A stretch of 64,000 nt of DNA from Zygnema circumcarinatum SAG 698-1b. Lineage: Eukaryota > Plantae > Zygnematophyceae. This document shows, one piece after another, positions 46,739-59,714 of this stretch. A model generated the notes under the pieces. That model saw only the letters and a list, made by a program, of their open reading frames with translations, did no database searches and was not told the origin of the DNA. The position numbers and the translations under genes were made by a program. Position 1 is the stretch's first letter. Every line of letters starts with the position of its first letter. The DNA is taken from NCBI GenBank assembly GCA_037447605.1, contig CM074817.1:1550001-1614000 (forward strand), in the 5' to 3' direction.

Positions 46739-49700
46739 ATGGAGGGGGAGGAAGCTGCAGCGGATAGAGATGGTGGGGGAAAGGAGGCGGAGGACGTGGG
46801 GGCTCGGCCAGCTGGAAGCGCTGAGGAGCAGGCAGGTGGCGCCACGGAGAAGCATGGGCAGGCGGCCTTATCGCGAGCCGCACGGAGGAAAGCTGCGAAG
46901 AAGGACAGGAGGCGGCAGCAGCGACGGCAGACGGCGGAGCAGAGGGAGGCGGAGGAGATGGCGGCCATGGCTGACCCGGAAGAGAGAGCGAGGAGAGAGA
47001 GAGAGGAAAAAGAGGAGTTGGAGGCGGAGGAGAGAGAGAGGAAGCAGCGGGAGGAACAAGAAGAGAGGTGGCTTCAGCGGGAGAAGGAGCTGGAGCTTGA
47101 AGCGCAGCGAAAGCATGAGCAGATGCTGCGGCAGAAGCTTGTGAGAAGTGGCACTTTTAAGGTTCAGTTTGCTCTTGCAGGACTACATATGCAACGGATT
47201 CCCCATTTTCTTTTCTTTCGTGAGCCAATTGGCAACTTCTGAGCCTTTTTGGGAACGCAGGCGGATGCACAAAAGGCGGATGGGGAGGAGAGAAGCGACG
47301 AAGACGAGGAGGAGGGCGAGGAGGACGGACCGCCAAAGATCATATGGCGGGGGAATGAAATCATTGTGGTGAAGAAAAAGGGGTCAAAGAAGGGTTCTAA
47401 AGCGGTCAAGGTTGAGGAGCAGACTGTTTCTCAGACTGCGGTAAGGATCCGGTTCTGCTTCTGTCAGCAGCTCCTGTACCACATATTGATTTGATAATCT
47501 ACATAACGTTTTTTTGGAAAAGTTGGAAAAGTTCGCGTGTTCTAACCTCGAAGCACACTTGAAATATGAAATTTTGCAATAGCCGCCTAGAAAATACGAG
47601 GTCTGCCAATATAGAAAAAGCACATTTAGGTTCATTCATGAAACCATGGGAGGGTGAGAGTAGAAGGGCTGAAGGAAGGGAAAGCGGTGTGGAGGAAAAA
47701 ATCCGACACCTCTAGGAGCCCTATACCTTCTTCACTTCACCCTGCGCCCTCACTTCTCAATAGCTCTACTGCAAAATTGCAGGCCCAAAACTATACTGCA
47801 TACTATACTATACTGTATACTGCATTGTAGCTCGTTTCTTTAGGTGTTATTTGTGTCGTATGGGAAGTCACTTGTGGACAAATAGATGGAAGATCAAAGG
47901 TTTTACGACTTCTTTTCAAAATTTACTATTTTTGCCCTTGTTGTTGACCTGTTGTATTACCACAGGAGCCCTCTGAGCCGCCATGGAACCCACCGCCACC
48001 TCAAGCTTCTGTACCACTGCTTTATTCCATGGCTGCATTGCAAGCTGAAAAATCTGCACAGCAATTAAATCCCGTGGGGAGCGAGGCCCCTGATCAGAAG
48101 TTTGGAACAGAGCAGGTACCCACTGAGCTGTGGCGAATCCATTGATTCTCACTAAATCTGCTGTAACTAAGTTAAAGTACTCGTGGTTTCAGCTTTCCAG
48201 GGATTTTGTGTCATTGGGTAAGGGAGTTGGATGCAGGATCGCGTGCACTGCCCCTTCTTCCTGAAGACGGGCGCATGCCAGTTTGCCAGCGCCTGCAGCC
48301 GAGCACATGTGTATCCGACCACCTCTCCCACCATCCTCATCCGCCACATGTTCTCTGTTCCGGGCAGCTCTGCCCTTCCTCAAGACCCTGAAGACGAGGG
48401 CTTGGAGGTCTGTAAAGAGACGGAAGGCTCGAGCAGGGCCGCCTCTCTCATGTTCCTTAGAATCTGCTGGAAACTGCACAGCATTGCATCTCAGGGTTGC
48501 AGCAAATAGTAGTTTTAGAGTGCACCTGTTGCATGCCCTTAGCCTGCAGATGCGCATGCATAGTCCGGATGATTCTCCCCTCCTCCTCCTCGCCGTCGTG
48601 GTTTGCATCGTTATCAACTTTTGTGGACTGCATTACCCGTGCTTCCCTCGAAAGTATGGTATATAGATGTCTTTGCTTGTTCTGCATCTGCTACTAGTTC
48701 ACGGTCTCAAAAGTCAACGCAGTAATCCCTTGACCCTGTGGCAGCAGCGCTGATGGGGAGTGGGGCCTAGTTGGCAGCACGACGAGGCATATGTGGCTGA
48801 GCACTTGGCCGAGTTCTATGCGGATGTGCACACGGAGTTTCAGAAGTATGGGGAAATTGTGAACTTTAAGGTATGCTTGCAAGGAAAGAAAAGATGTTGC
48901 GGGTTGGAGTGCTCAGAGGATTGCTGCGTCAGGTATGGCAGCAGAAGAAATAGGGAGAGGAGCGTAGATAGGAGGAGGAGTAGACTCGTCAGAGCAACTC
49001 ACAGGTGTTGTCTGGCATCAGGTTTGCCGCAATTTGTCACCTCACCTTTGCGGAAATGTCTATGTTCAATTTCGGCGTGAGAGCTCAGCTGTGGCAGCCT
49101 TCATGGCTGTGCATGGCCGTTTTTTTGCTTCAAGGCAGGTGAGCTTACCTGCACATTGCAGCTTCCCCCCCCTCCTCTTCCTTTGTCGACGGGAAATTTC
49201 AAAGGCTGTAGATATTCTGAAATTTATTGAATCCCGGATGCTTCGCTCTTACGAGTGTTAGTTTCATGGGCCGTCCTTCATTTTATTCGTTCTGACGGGA
49301 AGGAAAGCTAGGCTGTGAAGATCGTAATGTGCAAAGCAACTTTTGTTTTCTCATGGAGCACGAGGTTTGCTCTCATGCCTACGGATGCAGTTGTTTTGCG
49401 AATTTGTTCCTGTGAGGAGTTGGAGGAAGGCCATCTGTGGGCAGTATCTTCGAAGTGCCGTGCAGGTGCAGCTATACATGACCTCCTTACTTTTGTTTGT
49501 CAAATAAGGGAAGAAAGAAATTTTCAGCCCTCTGTGACTCCTTGAGTGCGGAAAAAGACGGAGGAGTAAGTAAACTGAAATGATCTAATGGATGCAGAGG
49601 GGATACGACCGCGCCACCTGCAATAGAGGGAGCACGTGCAATTTTCTACACCCGTATGAAAATCCCGAGGGAGACTATGAGTGGGCGGATAGAGACGAAC

Positions 49701-50626
49701 CCCCACCATTGTACTGGCGGACCAACATGCACCTGTTGTATGGGGAATCACCTGAGGAGGAAGCTCCTACTCCACGTGAAGGAGAAGGAAGGGTACAGGA
49801 GGAAGAACAGAGGCGACGACTGGGGTTGGCCAGGAAGAGGAGGAGATCCCATGAAAGGCAGGAGGATGAAGAATCACGAAGGAGCAGGAGGAAAGAGGTG
49901 GGTCAAAGGGAAAGAGAGCAGGATGATAATCGAAGAGGCAAAGAGGAAGTGGAGTGGCGCAGCAGAAGAGTGGAAGGAAGGCGTAATGGCAGACTGCATG
50001 AGAGCGACCCCCCTTTGAAGCACAGACAGAGCACGGCTGGAAGGTCTACTGAGGCAGGAAGCGGCGCTTCTGATGAAGAGAGTGATGATTCACAAAGAGG
50101 CGTACGTCGTAAAGGTGGGCAGTGGGTAAATGGCAAGAATAGAGGCAGGTCACAGGAAGGTAACTTGCACAGCGATACATTCCAGGAATCACATGGGAGA
50201 AGAAAAGTCAGTGAGGAGCATGTGGAGAGGAGGACAAAGGGAAGGGAAGGAAGGAGAGAGCGTGACGATTATTTGAGTAGGATACATCGAAAAGACTCCG
50301 AGCCAAAGGAGAGGAAGGATTCTTGGAGCAGAAGAATGGGTCAACACATGACTGGGGAGGTGAGAGGCGAAATGGATAGTGCGGAAGAGGATGAGCAGGA
50401 GAGGATGAGGGAGACATCGCCTAACAAAAAACATAGTAAGCAGCAGTATGCGGGAGATGGGTTGAAGCAAAGAAGTAGAGCAGAAAATAACCGGCGAGAG
50501 CTTAATGACGGAAGTCGCTTGCCGCAAGGAAACGTAGATTGCAGAAGTAGTGAGGTGGCCGGAATTGCTAATCTACGGAAGGAGGAGGAAGAGGATATGG
50601 ATCCCTTTGACCGATGGGGTTCCTGA
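46739..50626 (+). CDS. ZRSR2: U2AF35-related CCCH-UHM-CCCH splicing factor (ZRSR2/URP/RGH3-like), multi-exon
   Basis: N-terminal charged coiled coil, GTEQ|[44 protein letters not shown]|[43 protein letters not shown], and an R/S/E-rich tail. Confidence 0.92.
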
Positions 50627-50996
50627 AGGCTCATTTTGGAAATAAATCCCTTTGCAGTGCTGTTGATGAATCTGCTTTGGATCAAATGCAGGAGACTGAA
50701 TGTTTGCACAGAGTGCAGAAGTGACACGTGCAACAAGTGACAATAAAGCAGTATAGTCTAAACCTGCTTGAAAGTGTTGTGACTCATTGCGGGAAAAAAC
50801 GTGTCATACACGACTTCTTTTCAAAATCTTGAATCTCGAGTCGTCCATAAAAGTTAACTATGTACAAAGCTGCACAACAGGCAGTTTATTCACAGCAAAC
50901 GAACCCTAAATCTGCAAAACTGATCCTTGCTTAAACCGTCTCTCAGAAAGACGGCAACGCCCACAACCAAGAACAGGAAGGCTACACGGCATACGG

Positions 50997-53900
50997 TTAT
51001 TTACAGGTCCACGACAGACCTAACTTTTCCAACTTCAATAGCATGGAAAGGGCAGCCGAGTCCTTTGCCTTAGCATGAGATGGCATGGGCGTACCTGCTG
51101 CCGAAATTTCCTCATCCTGAATTGCCACGTGAGAGCAGAAAACAAACAGTGGGCAGTGCTGAGTTCCTTCCTCCTTGAGCAGCTTGTATGTGGGTAGCTT
51201 CCAGCCATTCTTGGTACAAAGGTGAACCAAAATTTGTCTGCTTAAGCCCTTCGTCTTCAAAACATAGCTGCAATCATCACTGAACTTTCCGGTATCACTG
51301 CCTTCAGAAGGTGCTTTGTCACCATTATCTGCACGAACAGTAGCATTATTCACAAGAGAACTCCCGATATCTGTGCTCACATTCTCGTGAGATATTCCAC
51401 GAGTGTGCTCCCATTCCTTCCAAGAAACACCTGAATCTTGACCTGTTCTGGCAGCAGGCTCTGTATCTTCTTCCTCTATCAAATCCTCTCCAGGCAGCAG
51501 TGGCGCTTTACTTTCCTCGGTTTTCTGAGCTGGATGTTTATTGATACTTGTCTCAGAACACACAAAGATTGCATTCCGAGTCTCGGGCTTTCCAAACAAA
51601 ACACGACTTTGGCTCCACCATTTGCTCTTGCCATCACGTCCTTCATCGTAGGCCCTTTCTTTGGATGGCAGTTCATCATGAAACATCTCTCTACTGACTC
51701 TGCACGAGTCCTCGAAAAGTTGACTTCCCAGAGCGCCTCCTTGCAGGACATTCCTATTCCTGTCTAGTTTTCCTTCCTCCCCTTCTCTAGAAGGTAGGTC
51801 AGTCTCTGTAAACTGTTTGTTGACTGCAGATTTACAACAAAAGTCTACCACTTCGTCCTTTGGCTTTCCTTCTTCAGAGAGATTTTTCAGAGCTTCATTT
51901 GAAGCTAGCCGTCGTGCGGTTTGGTAGCTTGAATTTTCAGCCCAAGCAGCAACACGACCATTGATCCAAAGCTCCACAATATGATCTCCGCAATCTGAGC
52001 AATCATTAGTCCGTGCCTGCATCATGAAGTAGCCCGCAAGCGCGTTTCTATCACTTAAAGTAGAAACCACTTTCCAATGGTGACGAACACACCTACTCCT
52101 TTGCATTATGAACTGCTATGTCGCCATGACAGGTGCATGTCTTCATGCAATGATAATAGTTTGAAGTTTATTCGATGAAATCTACGATGAAACTTGGCTG
52201 CCCTGAGTTGTTGCTATTTTCAACAAGGTAAGTTTCAGCAGTACGCACCTCAATACTCCATGCGTTCTTCTGGCAAAGCAACACAAGTTCTGCAGTGGGA
52301 TGTATGGCAGTTCTGCCTGCTTCTGGTAAGGGAGAAGCCAAGGGCTTGTACACCTGGAATCCGAATATGAGGTCAGTTGATCAGCGATAACCATTTTTTA
52401 GAAAACTTTTCCCTATTTGCTTGAATTTTCGCCAAAAGAGTCCCTATTCATGCGAACATTCCAAGCTAGGCATCACTGAAAATGGCAGAACTCCTTTACC
52501 TGCCACAGCGTGTTTGCATCAAAATCACAGTCCAGAATTATCGCCCCGGCAAGTGCTCCACACAGATCTGAAAGGGCCTTTGGAGCACTTGCTGTCACAT
52601 GTCCGAATGCGTGTTTTGGAAAGTCTGCTCCTTCACTCTCTCTTCCCGACTCTTCTTCCTCCACAGCTCTGACAAAAGCTGCTATTCGCTGCTTTAGCCC
52701 GCCATGCGCTACACGAAAGTGCTTTTGGAGACCACAGCGAATGATCATGCGGGCATAACGCTCGTTATTCACAGCAGCCTGCATAGAGAGTATTGAGGAG
52801 ACGAAGAAAAGTGTGACTTAGAAAAACTAGAGCGCTGAAGTACGTTCAACTTCAATGGCAGAGTTTCAAGAATCCAAATACCTGTCTCAAGATATTGAGC
52901 GTGCCGGGATCCCGATCCGGATTGTTGATGAGAAGTTGCCAAGTCAAAACATAGTCAATCGCAGCGTTACCCAAGTGAGCTAGTTTCTCAAAGTAGCTTC
53001 CATCCACACTTTCTTCTTCGCAAGAAGCATGCCGCAGAACTTTACTCAACAAGTAGCGTCTTCTGAATGTGTAGCCGATCAAACTCTCTACTTTATTCAT
53101 TTCTTCGTCCCCTATCTCGCTCGCCATATTGTTATTCCGCTCTTTAAGTTTCAGGAAGGAAGCTCCCAATTCTCGAAACCCTTGAGGTGGAGCAGCCATG
53201 GAGCACTCATTGAGGGAAGCAGGTGGGTTGGCTATTAGCGGCCGTTTCAGGTCTTCAAGTGAGTCTTTAGGGCTTTTAGGTTTGATATCTGTAGTCAACC
53301 ATGGACTGTTCTTCATTGTTGCACCCGCTCCAAGGTCGGACCTATTCCCTTCATGTATTCCAAGAACACATGTATCGCCCACTGGAAGTTCCCCAGGATT
53401 CAATCTAAGCGATTGAACCACGTATCCTGCCTCAATGCCAATTGAAGTCATAAATTTAACAGCGTAGTCCTCATCATCTCGTTCTAGAATCAATAGTCCA
53501 ATAATTGCTTCCACCACGTCTGCAATGATCTTATCAGATATTGCTTGCTCAGAGCGACAAAACGACGAATGGCATGACAATAAGTCAAACCCTTCATTTC
53601 GTACGTCACAACACTGTCTGTCAGGGCAAACATTTGCTTGCTCACGAATCGGCTTGTCTTCTCTCATAGGAATGGCTGAAAGGCCCGGTGCTTCCCATGC
53701 CCTGACGTCAAAGTGCTCACTTACAATGTAGTAAGGCAGGCCTGCCTCGACAGCTAGTTTTTTAAGTTCTTTGTTGCTCACTTGGTTCTGCAGGACGAAT
53801 GAGGATTATAAACATCAAATGTGGGGTTTGCACTCCTTCAAAAAACACTAGCTATCACACTATCCATTGGTCAGGAATGAGGAACGGAGGAGGGCTGTTT

Positions 53901-55969
53901 ACGCACCGTCAGTAGTTCGGCTAGTCGAAGCTCACTCGCATCGAAGTGGTTGAAGAAAAGTGAGCGAGCCACAGCATATCTCAAATATGCGTCACCCAAA
54001 AACTCATGGCGTTCGTACGAGTAGCCCTCCTGACTGCCTCGAGCAGTAAGAGCCTGCCGGAAAGACATGACTCACGGGAACACGGAGTTGCATTTGATCA
54101 AAATCTGCTGATGTTTGATGTCAGGGAAAAAATTTGCCCTTCCGCCCTGATAAAGACGAGCCACTGCACACAATGCATCTGCTACATGTTCGGAGAATAG
54201 TAACACAGTTCTCTGGCTACTACAGATGCGTGATGTTTTTATTTCTGATGCAATCAAAATGCATGCCAATGGTGAGCAGACAAACCTCCAACAGTTTCCT
54301 TGGAGAAACTCCAGAAAGTCCGAAATGCGCCTTGAGCTCAGATGCGAGCAGCAGGCAGTGAAGTCGATGCATGACAGATGGCAGCCGCACGGCTCCTCTC
54401 ACAGTCTGGCCTGTAAATCTATCAGATAGTACGCACAGTTCAGGTGGCATGTATATTTTCGAATGGCGATTGGACTCAGTCTGCACTGCTCTCGGCTTTT
54501 GAATGAGCATATTGCTGGCCTGCCGCACAGCCGAAGACATGCTGTTAACTTTCAGCTAGCAGCACATCCTGCCTGATGCTTTGACAAAACAAAAAGATTT
54601 CTGGAAATTCTCAGACAACTGTGAGAGGCCATGAAGTCGTTGTTCATGGCCACTGAATGAGAATTGCGGCACCACCACAATGGGAATGCTCGCTAAAAAT
54701 TTACCAATGCTGACATTTTGTTTTCGTTTGCGGGCATGAAAGTTTCACCTTCAGACGTCGCAAAAGAAGGAGAGGCTGCTGAGTGTGCTTTATCTCCAAC
54801 CCATGCTTACTCTTGAAATACTCTGCATAGCTTATAGACCCTAGTTTCCCCTTTCCAGGGACCGGGCTTTCAGCCGTTAGATCGGACGAGACGGTAAGCA
54901 CAATACAAGGTTCATGGTTTTGAACTCCTGTAACCAGGGAATCTATAACATCAGCTATACGGAAAGTGCCATTTCTTAGAATTAAGTGTTTCTTGAAATT
55001 TGTTGCAAGAATTTCCGGTGGATCCTGCATCGACGTACTTTGGAGTTTTTCCTCACAACACGAAACATCTCGCGAGGAGCAGCACTCTGCAGTATTGAAG
55101 ACGTCACTTGAACTCATCATCTTTTTTGCCTCCTCCATTTGGAATTCTTGATGGTTATCAAACTGCTTGACCACATTCTCTATTTCCAAGTCTTGTGCTG
55201 TGCCGTTTGTGGTTTTTGAGGGAAAGAAATCTGTATGGCAGACAGACAAGCTTCGACAGAAGTCTGCATGCCTTTCAGCGTTTGAAGTTGCATCCTTCTG
55301 CCAGAAATACTTCACGATCTCGTGTTTCAGCTTCAGTGAGGACGTCAGTTGCTCTTCCATTTCCGGTCTATGAGTAAGCCTAGCAAATTTATTCAGGTTG
55401 AGGAGAATGTAAGCTCTGTGATAGCACCAGAAGTTCGCCCACTCCATGTTCGACTTTGAATTGAAGCTTTTCGCTACATTCTCTCTCAGTGGTTCCGGCA
55501 CAGCTCTCGCGAAGCCATTCTCGCTCAAACCGAGAGCTATCCTGAGAGTTTCGACATGAGATATCTTTGCTTCTTCTAGTTGCACGTGGTTAAAAGAAAA
55601 AGGTCCTAAAGGATGTAAGCGCGCTGCAACAGAAGAATGCGGGAGAAAAAGTTCCATGTCGCCAGATACAACATCGTTATCAAGACATTCCGCCACAAGC
55701 AAAACAAAATCTTCCGCCGCTGCCTGTGGCGGATCTGACAAGCAGTCGATTGGCTTAAAATGGATCACATAGGCATAAAGTAAAGTTTCCAAAGACGGCG
55801 CAGAAGAAGTAATTGTGTTTCTGGCAGTGCCGTCCCCCTTCTGCTTCGCTTCCTCGTCTTGCAAGGCTGCTTGTACTATCCAGATTCCGGTAAACTTCTT
55901 CGGCCAAAGCCGAGGATATGCTGCAATAGAATGAGGATACCTTTCAACTCTTGCTAGCAGAGTCGCCAT
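50997..55969 (-). CDS. DCL: Dicer-like protein (DCL1-like): platform-PAZ-RNaseIIIa-RNaseIIIb(degenerate)-dsRBD-dsRBD, 1347 aa. Exons 54749-55969, 54286-54555, 53907-54053, 52882-53787, 52500-52778, 52249-52353, 50997-52112.
   Basis: Six phase-0 GT-AG introns give an open frame. PAZ SYAEYFKSKHG..QQPLL; connector MPPELC...RGAVRLPSVM; RIIIa ERHEFLGDAYL/KIIADVVEAIIG; RIIIb EKLAHLGNAAID/PKALSDLCGALAG; dsRBD2 EEGTQHCPLF...GTPMPSHAKAKDSAA. Confidence 0.93.
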
Positions 55970-55977
55970 TACGTAGA

Positions 55978-55986
55978 AACCCTAAC
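55978..55986 (-). promoter_or_regulatory. Telo-box (TTAGGGTTT / AAACCCTAA) just upstream of the DCL start codon
   Basis: AAACCCTAA sits ~10 nt before the ATG. A TTAGGGTTT also precedes the kinase ATG at 9219, and AAACCCTAA occurs at ~2621. The telo-box is a known plant 5'-UTR/promoter motif. Confidence 0.55.
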
Positions 55987-56456
55987 TCGCAACTGCAGGA
56001 TGCAATACCAGATACTGCCACTCTGTCTGAATGTCTAAAAACCAGACCGACCGTCTGTTAATCCATCGCCACAAGCCATGGCATGGCATGGCATGGCATG
56101 GCATGGCATGGGGCACGGGCAGTACGCGTACGCCTCGAAGTCATCCAAGGGCAGAGGGTGAATTGGAGCTGAGCTGGCACAGTACGTGGCATTTCGAAGT
56201 CCGTTGTGTGCCTTGCTGGCACTGTTTAGGGTACTCGTGGCAGATAGGTTTGGAACAACCAATGAGATACGTACACGTGACATCACGACGCTGACATGTT
56301 CAGAAAATGCCGACTTGGCACGCCACGCTGGCACGCCTGGTGGTTCGGTCACAGCAACCGTCGCTGTACGCTGCGCTTCAAGCACGGTCCGTGGGTGGAC
56401 GGGTCTCCGACTCTGGTAATTTTCCAATCCAAGCTTCTTTTTTTGTGCTTATCCTC

Positions 56457-56537
56457 TGCGACCAGTTCCTCGTGGTTCCCATTGCTGATGTTGTCCATGT
56501 ACATTGGATGGCATCGCCATCGTGAGATCAATGCCAC
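56457..56537 (-). repeat. Full copy G of the dispersed ~80-bp repeat; partial copy H follows on + at 56641-56670
   Basis: tgcgaccagttcctcgtggttcccattgctgatgttgtccatgtacattggatggcatcgccatcgtgagatcaatgccac. Confidence 0.85.
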
Positions 56538-57377
56538 TTTCATTTCCTTTTTCTGTTTTCTTTTCTGGTCATTGCGCGCAATATGAAAAACAACAGGCGG
56601 ATGACGGTCCGCGTGCGTTGCCTAGCGGTAAGGGGAGGAAGTGGCATTGATCTAACGATGGCGGGGCCATGGTAAGTGGTCAGGCATGAAATATTGCTTT
56701 GCACGGTAAATTGCACGGTCCATGAGAACGTCGCTTTACGAATCAGCGATTTGACACCCTGTTGTTTCACGTTGTCCTTACGTGGAGTGTCGCCGAGAGG
56801 GAGACGGTCAATGGGAGGTGGGAAGAGCAAGAGAGTGTGAAAGAGGCAGGAGGGGAAGGGAGGGGGAGGAAAATAATGGCGACCTAACCCTAATATAGCT
56901 ATAACTCTGACTCTGACCTTTACCTTTAAAAAACACTTCGGAAAAAAATGCCTGGTGATGTGCAGCGTGGCCTTTCTCTCGACGTATGTTCTTCACATGC
57001 GGGGCTCAAGCTCAGAGCACACTGCAGCAAGGGCTTGAAAAGCGACTGTTTTCTACTCCATATGTGTAAGGAAAAGAAGCGAAGGAAGAGACAAGCAGCC
57101 ACGGCATGGAGGGAAACCTTTAGGTTCAATATCCTTTTGATAATTTTGAAGTTGCTGGAGGGAGCCTGCTTTCATCAACAATAATTGGATTCCCATTGCA
57201 GGCAAGGAACCTGATTCCACTACTTGCCTGTTGGGAGCTCCGCCGTCTAACCTGCTGCTGTGGAACTGAACACCAACCATGGAAACTCAATGTCTCTACA
57301 AGAGAAAAGGAGGGGAGACTCGAGACTGTGAAAGAAACTATAGAGATTACGCATCTGCCGATGTGGTCAGCGAGGTG

Positions 57378-57935
57378 TCACAAGGGGCATGCCTTCTCAA
57401 ACTCGCTCTGTTGCTTCCGACACATTTCAAACTCATTCGTGTAGTAGTTCATACACTTGGCATAGGTATCCATCGCTTTAGGGCACGTAGTATGGAGCTC
57501 CTTCAATCTGCAGCACCCTCAGTCACCAATGACTCTCAAGTACTCCAAAACTGTAATTGCACTCGAGTACGTCCGAGTCTCCAAGATTACAGCAAAGCTA
57601 CAATCTTCAACACAACAAAGACCATAGATATGAAACAAGTGCTAGCGTGGCTAGAGGGCATAAAAGCAGAAAAAAATATCTCCTACATACTCATAATGCA
57701 TGGCAGAGTGCCACAGGAGAATTAAGGATGGAACGACGTACAATGAAAGCACGCATTTCGTGACATTTTCCCCCTGCTGAAGGCACTTCTCGGGGTTTTC
57801 GTCGGCCTTCTTACACTCCAAAAAAGCTTGATTCTGTTCTCTGCACTTCAAAGAAATGTGCTTCGCGGCCGTCATCAGAACTGCAGAGGTGGTGAGGGGT
57901 GTGTCCGCATCGCTCACGGCTGCGTCCCCGGCCAT
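57378..57935 (-). CDS. NDUFA8: Mitochondrial complex I subunit NDUFA8 (twin CX9C), 107 aa. Exons 57742-57935, 57378-57507.
   Basis: TSAVLMTAAKHISLKCREQNQAFLECKKADENPEKCLQQGENVTKCVLSL|LKELHTTCPKAMDTYAKCMNYYTNEFEMCRKQQSEFEKACPL*. Confidence 0.95.
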
Positions 57936-59714
57936 TGGGGCACCCTTCACTTTGCGCTGAATTCTTTCACCTGGCAAGCACAAGGGCAAGAGATTAGCCC
58001 CACACCAGTATTGGAAGACGAGGAATGGTAGACAAGGTATCTTTCAACGGTATCTACCCTATCACTAACTGCTGTCACTTTCCGGTTCTTGAGAATCTGA
58101 CCAACAAATGGCTGCGAGCGCGCCATAGAACAGTAAGCAACGCGACCTCCGCAAATGCAGGTGGAGTTAACAATATTATTGGGTAGACGTTACAACGGGA
58201 TGCTGTCATAAAAATAATTGAGAGCAGTAAGAACCCCCGTCAACAACTGCCAGATTTGACGTGATTAGGCATGGATATAACATGATGAGCAGAAACTGCT
58301 ATAAGATGCACTTTGGATCATACATAAAAAGAAACTACGCTTCAGGTATTCATCTCCAAAACGGTTCTTTTCTCGAAGGGCATATAATACGTCTTAGAGA
58401 GAATAGAGACTAGTGGCTATGTACCAGCCCGTATATACTTACTACGTAGCCTGAAAAAAGAAAAGGAGGGAGCGGAATGCAGATTTCAGGAACGCTCTAA
58501 TCTGACCACATACAGTCCGAATTCCTATTGCAAACGGAAGTTCAAACAGAGTGGACAGGCTTGCCCTCAGCGGTGCAAACACATGAACACAGCCACACTT
58601 CAAGCCCCAGTCCATGCCCATCATGAGCTCCATAACAACTCGTGTCTTGTAGCAAGCCTGAAAAACAAAATTGCAACAAATGAATACTAAACTTTCCTCC
58701 CAAAAATAGCCTCTGCCTTCACGTAAAGAAACAATAGCCGATGAAAGCTCCCTCAATGATTTTAAGGTGAAAATGGAAAAAATGGGTTACCTTAATAAAA
58801 TAATTATGGCGCCCCTGCAACTAAGGCTGCTTTTAAAAAGCGACTGAGAGAAGAGGGGCCACATTATATGAACATAACGAATGTGAAAAAGTTTTCAGCT
58901 CCATCTCATTCTTTCCGTCTATCTCCCCATTCTCGCTAGCAGTTGGCATCATCCTTTCCCCTGTCTCTCTCTCTCGCGCGGTCTCTCGCTTTATTTCTCT
59001 CTCCCACCTCCCCAACCAGTGCCTTCATGTAGATGTTGAACTCTAATCTTGCATTGTATGTTTTGAAATCCATTATTCTAGTTTTCTCGCTCTATATACT
59101 CGCATATCCCCTATTCACTCCACCTATCTATCTCTATTCTTCTGAAGTCTGGATCCCTTCATACCCTGTGAAACAGTTCACTCCTACCAGCTGTCTCTTC
59201 TGCTTCTATATAATGTGTCTCTAGCACTATTTTTCAGCATCCTCTCCTTTAAATTATTTACTCTCGCTTTCTCTCCCCCACCCTCCCTCGCCCCTCGGCT
59301 CCTCCGCCTCTGCTAAAGCCACCATTTGATGGTCCACATCCACCTCAGCGCATTGCATTTCCTTTCTCATTTTCCATACTATAGATCCATCCACCTACCT
59401 CAAGTGCAGGAGCAATACGACAGCCGCACTCCCTCCCAGCGCTCCACTCCTCGCTCCGTCTCCCTCCGCCTCTCACCCTCCCTGCTCCCTCCCCCCACCG
59501 CGGAGGAGGCAATGCTTTTTAGGGCACCAAGTTTCCAGAGTGCGTATCGCGATATCATACGACTACGATACTTACGATACGCTATAAGCAATACGGTGTT
59601 TTTGTGATAGACACGATACGATATGGAAAGGTGCGATACGATATGGGCCCTTAAGACGAGGTGTGAAGCTCGAAGGCTGCGAGTTAACGGAGGCAGGGAG
59701 AGCAGAGTGCAGCC

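Noticed and set aside
49444-49597. GTATCTT in ZRSR2 as a possible U12 donor
   Set aside because: The frame stays open through it ([12 protein letters not shown]), a downstream GT-AG join works, and no U12 branch point was found.
56077-56400. (ATGGC)n run and a GGCAC/GTGCC-rich stretch upstream of DCL
   Set aside because: It may be a decayed MITE, but no TIR or TSD could be defined.
57129-57138. Perfect U12 donor-like ATATCCTTTT on the + strand
   Set aside because: No + strand gene, branch point or AC acceptor follows. It lies antisense in the NDUFA8 3' region, so it is probably chance.
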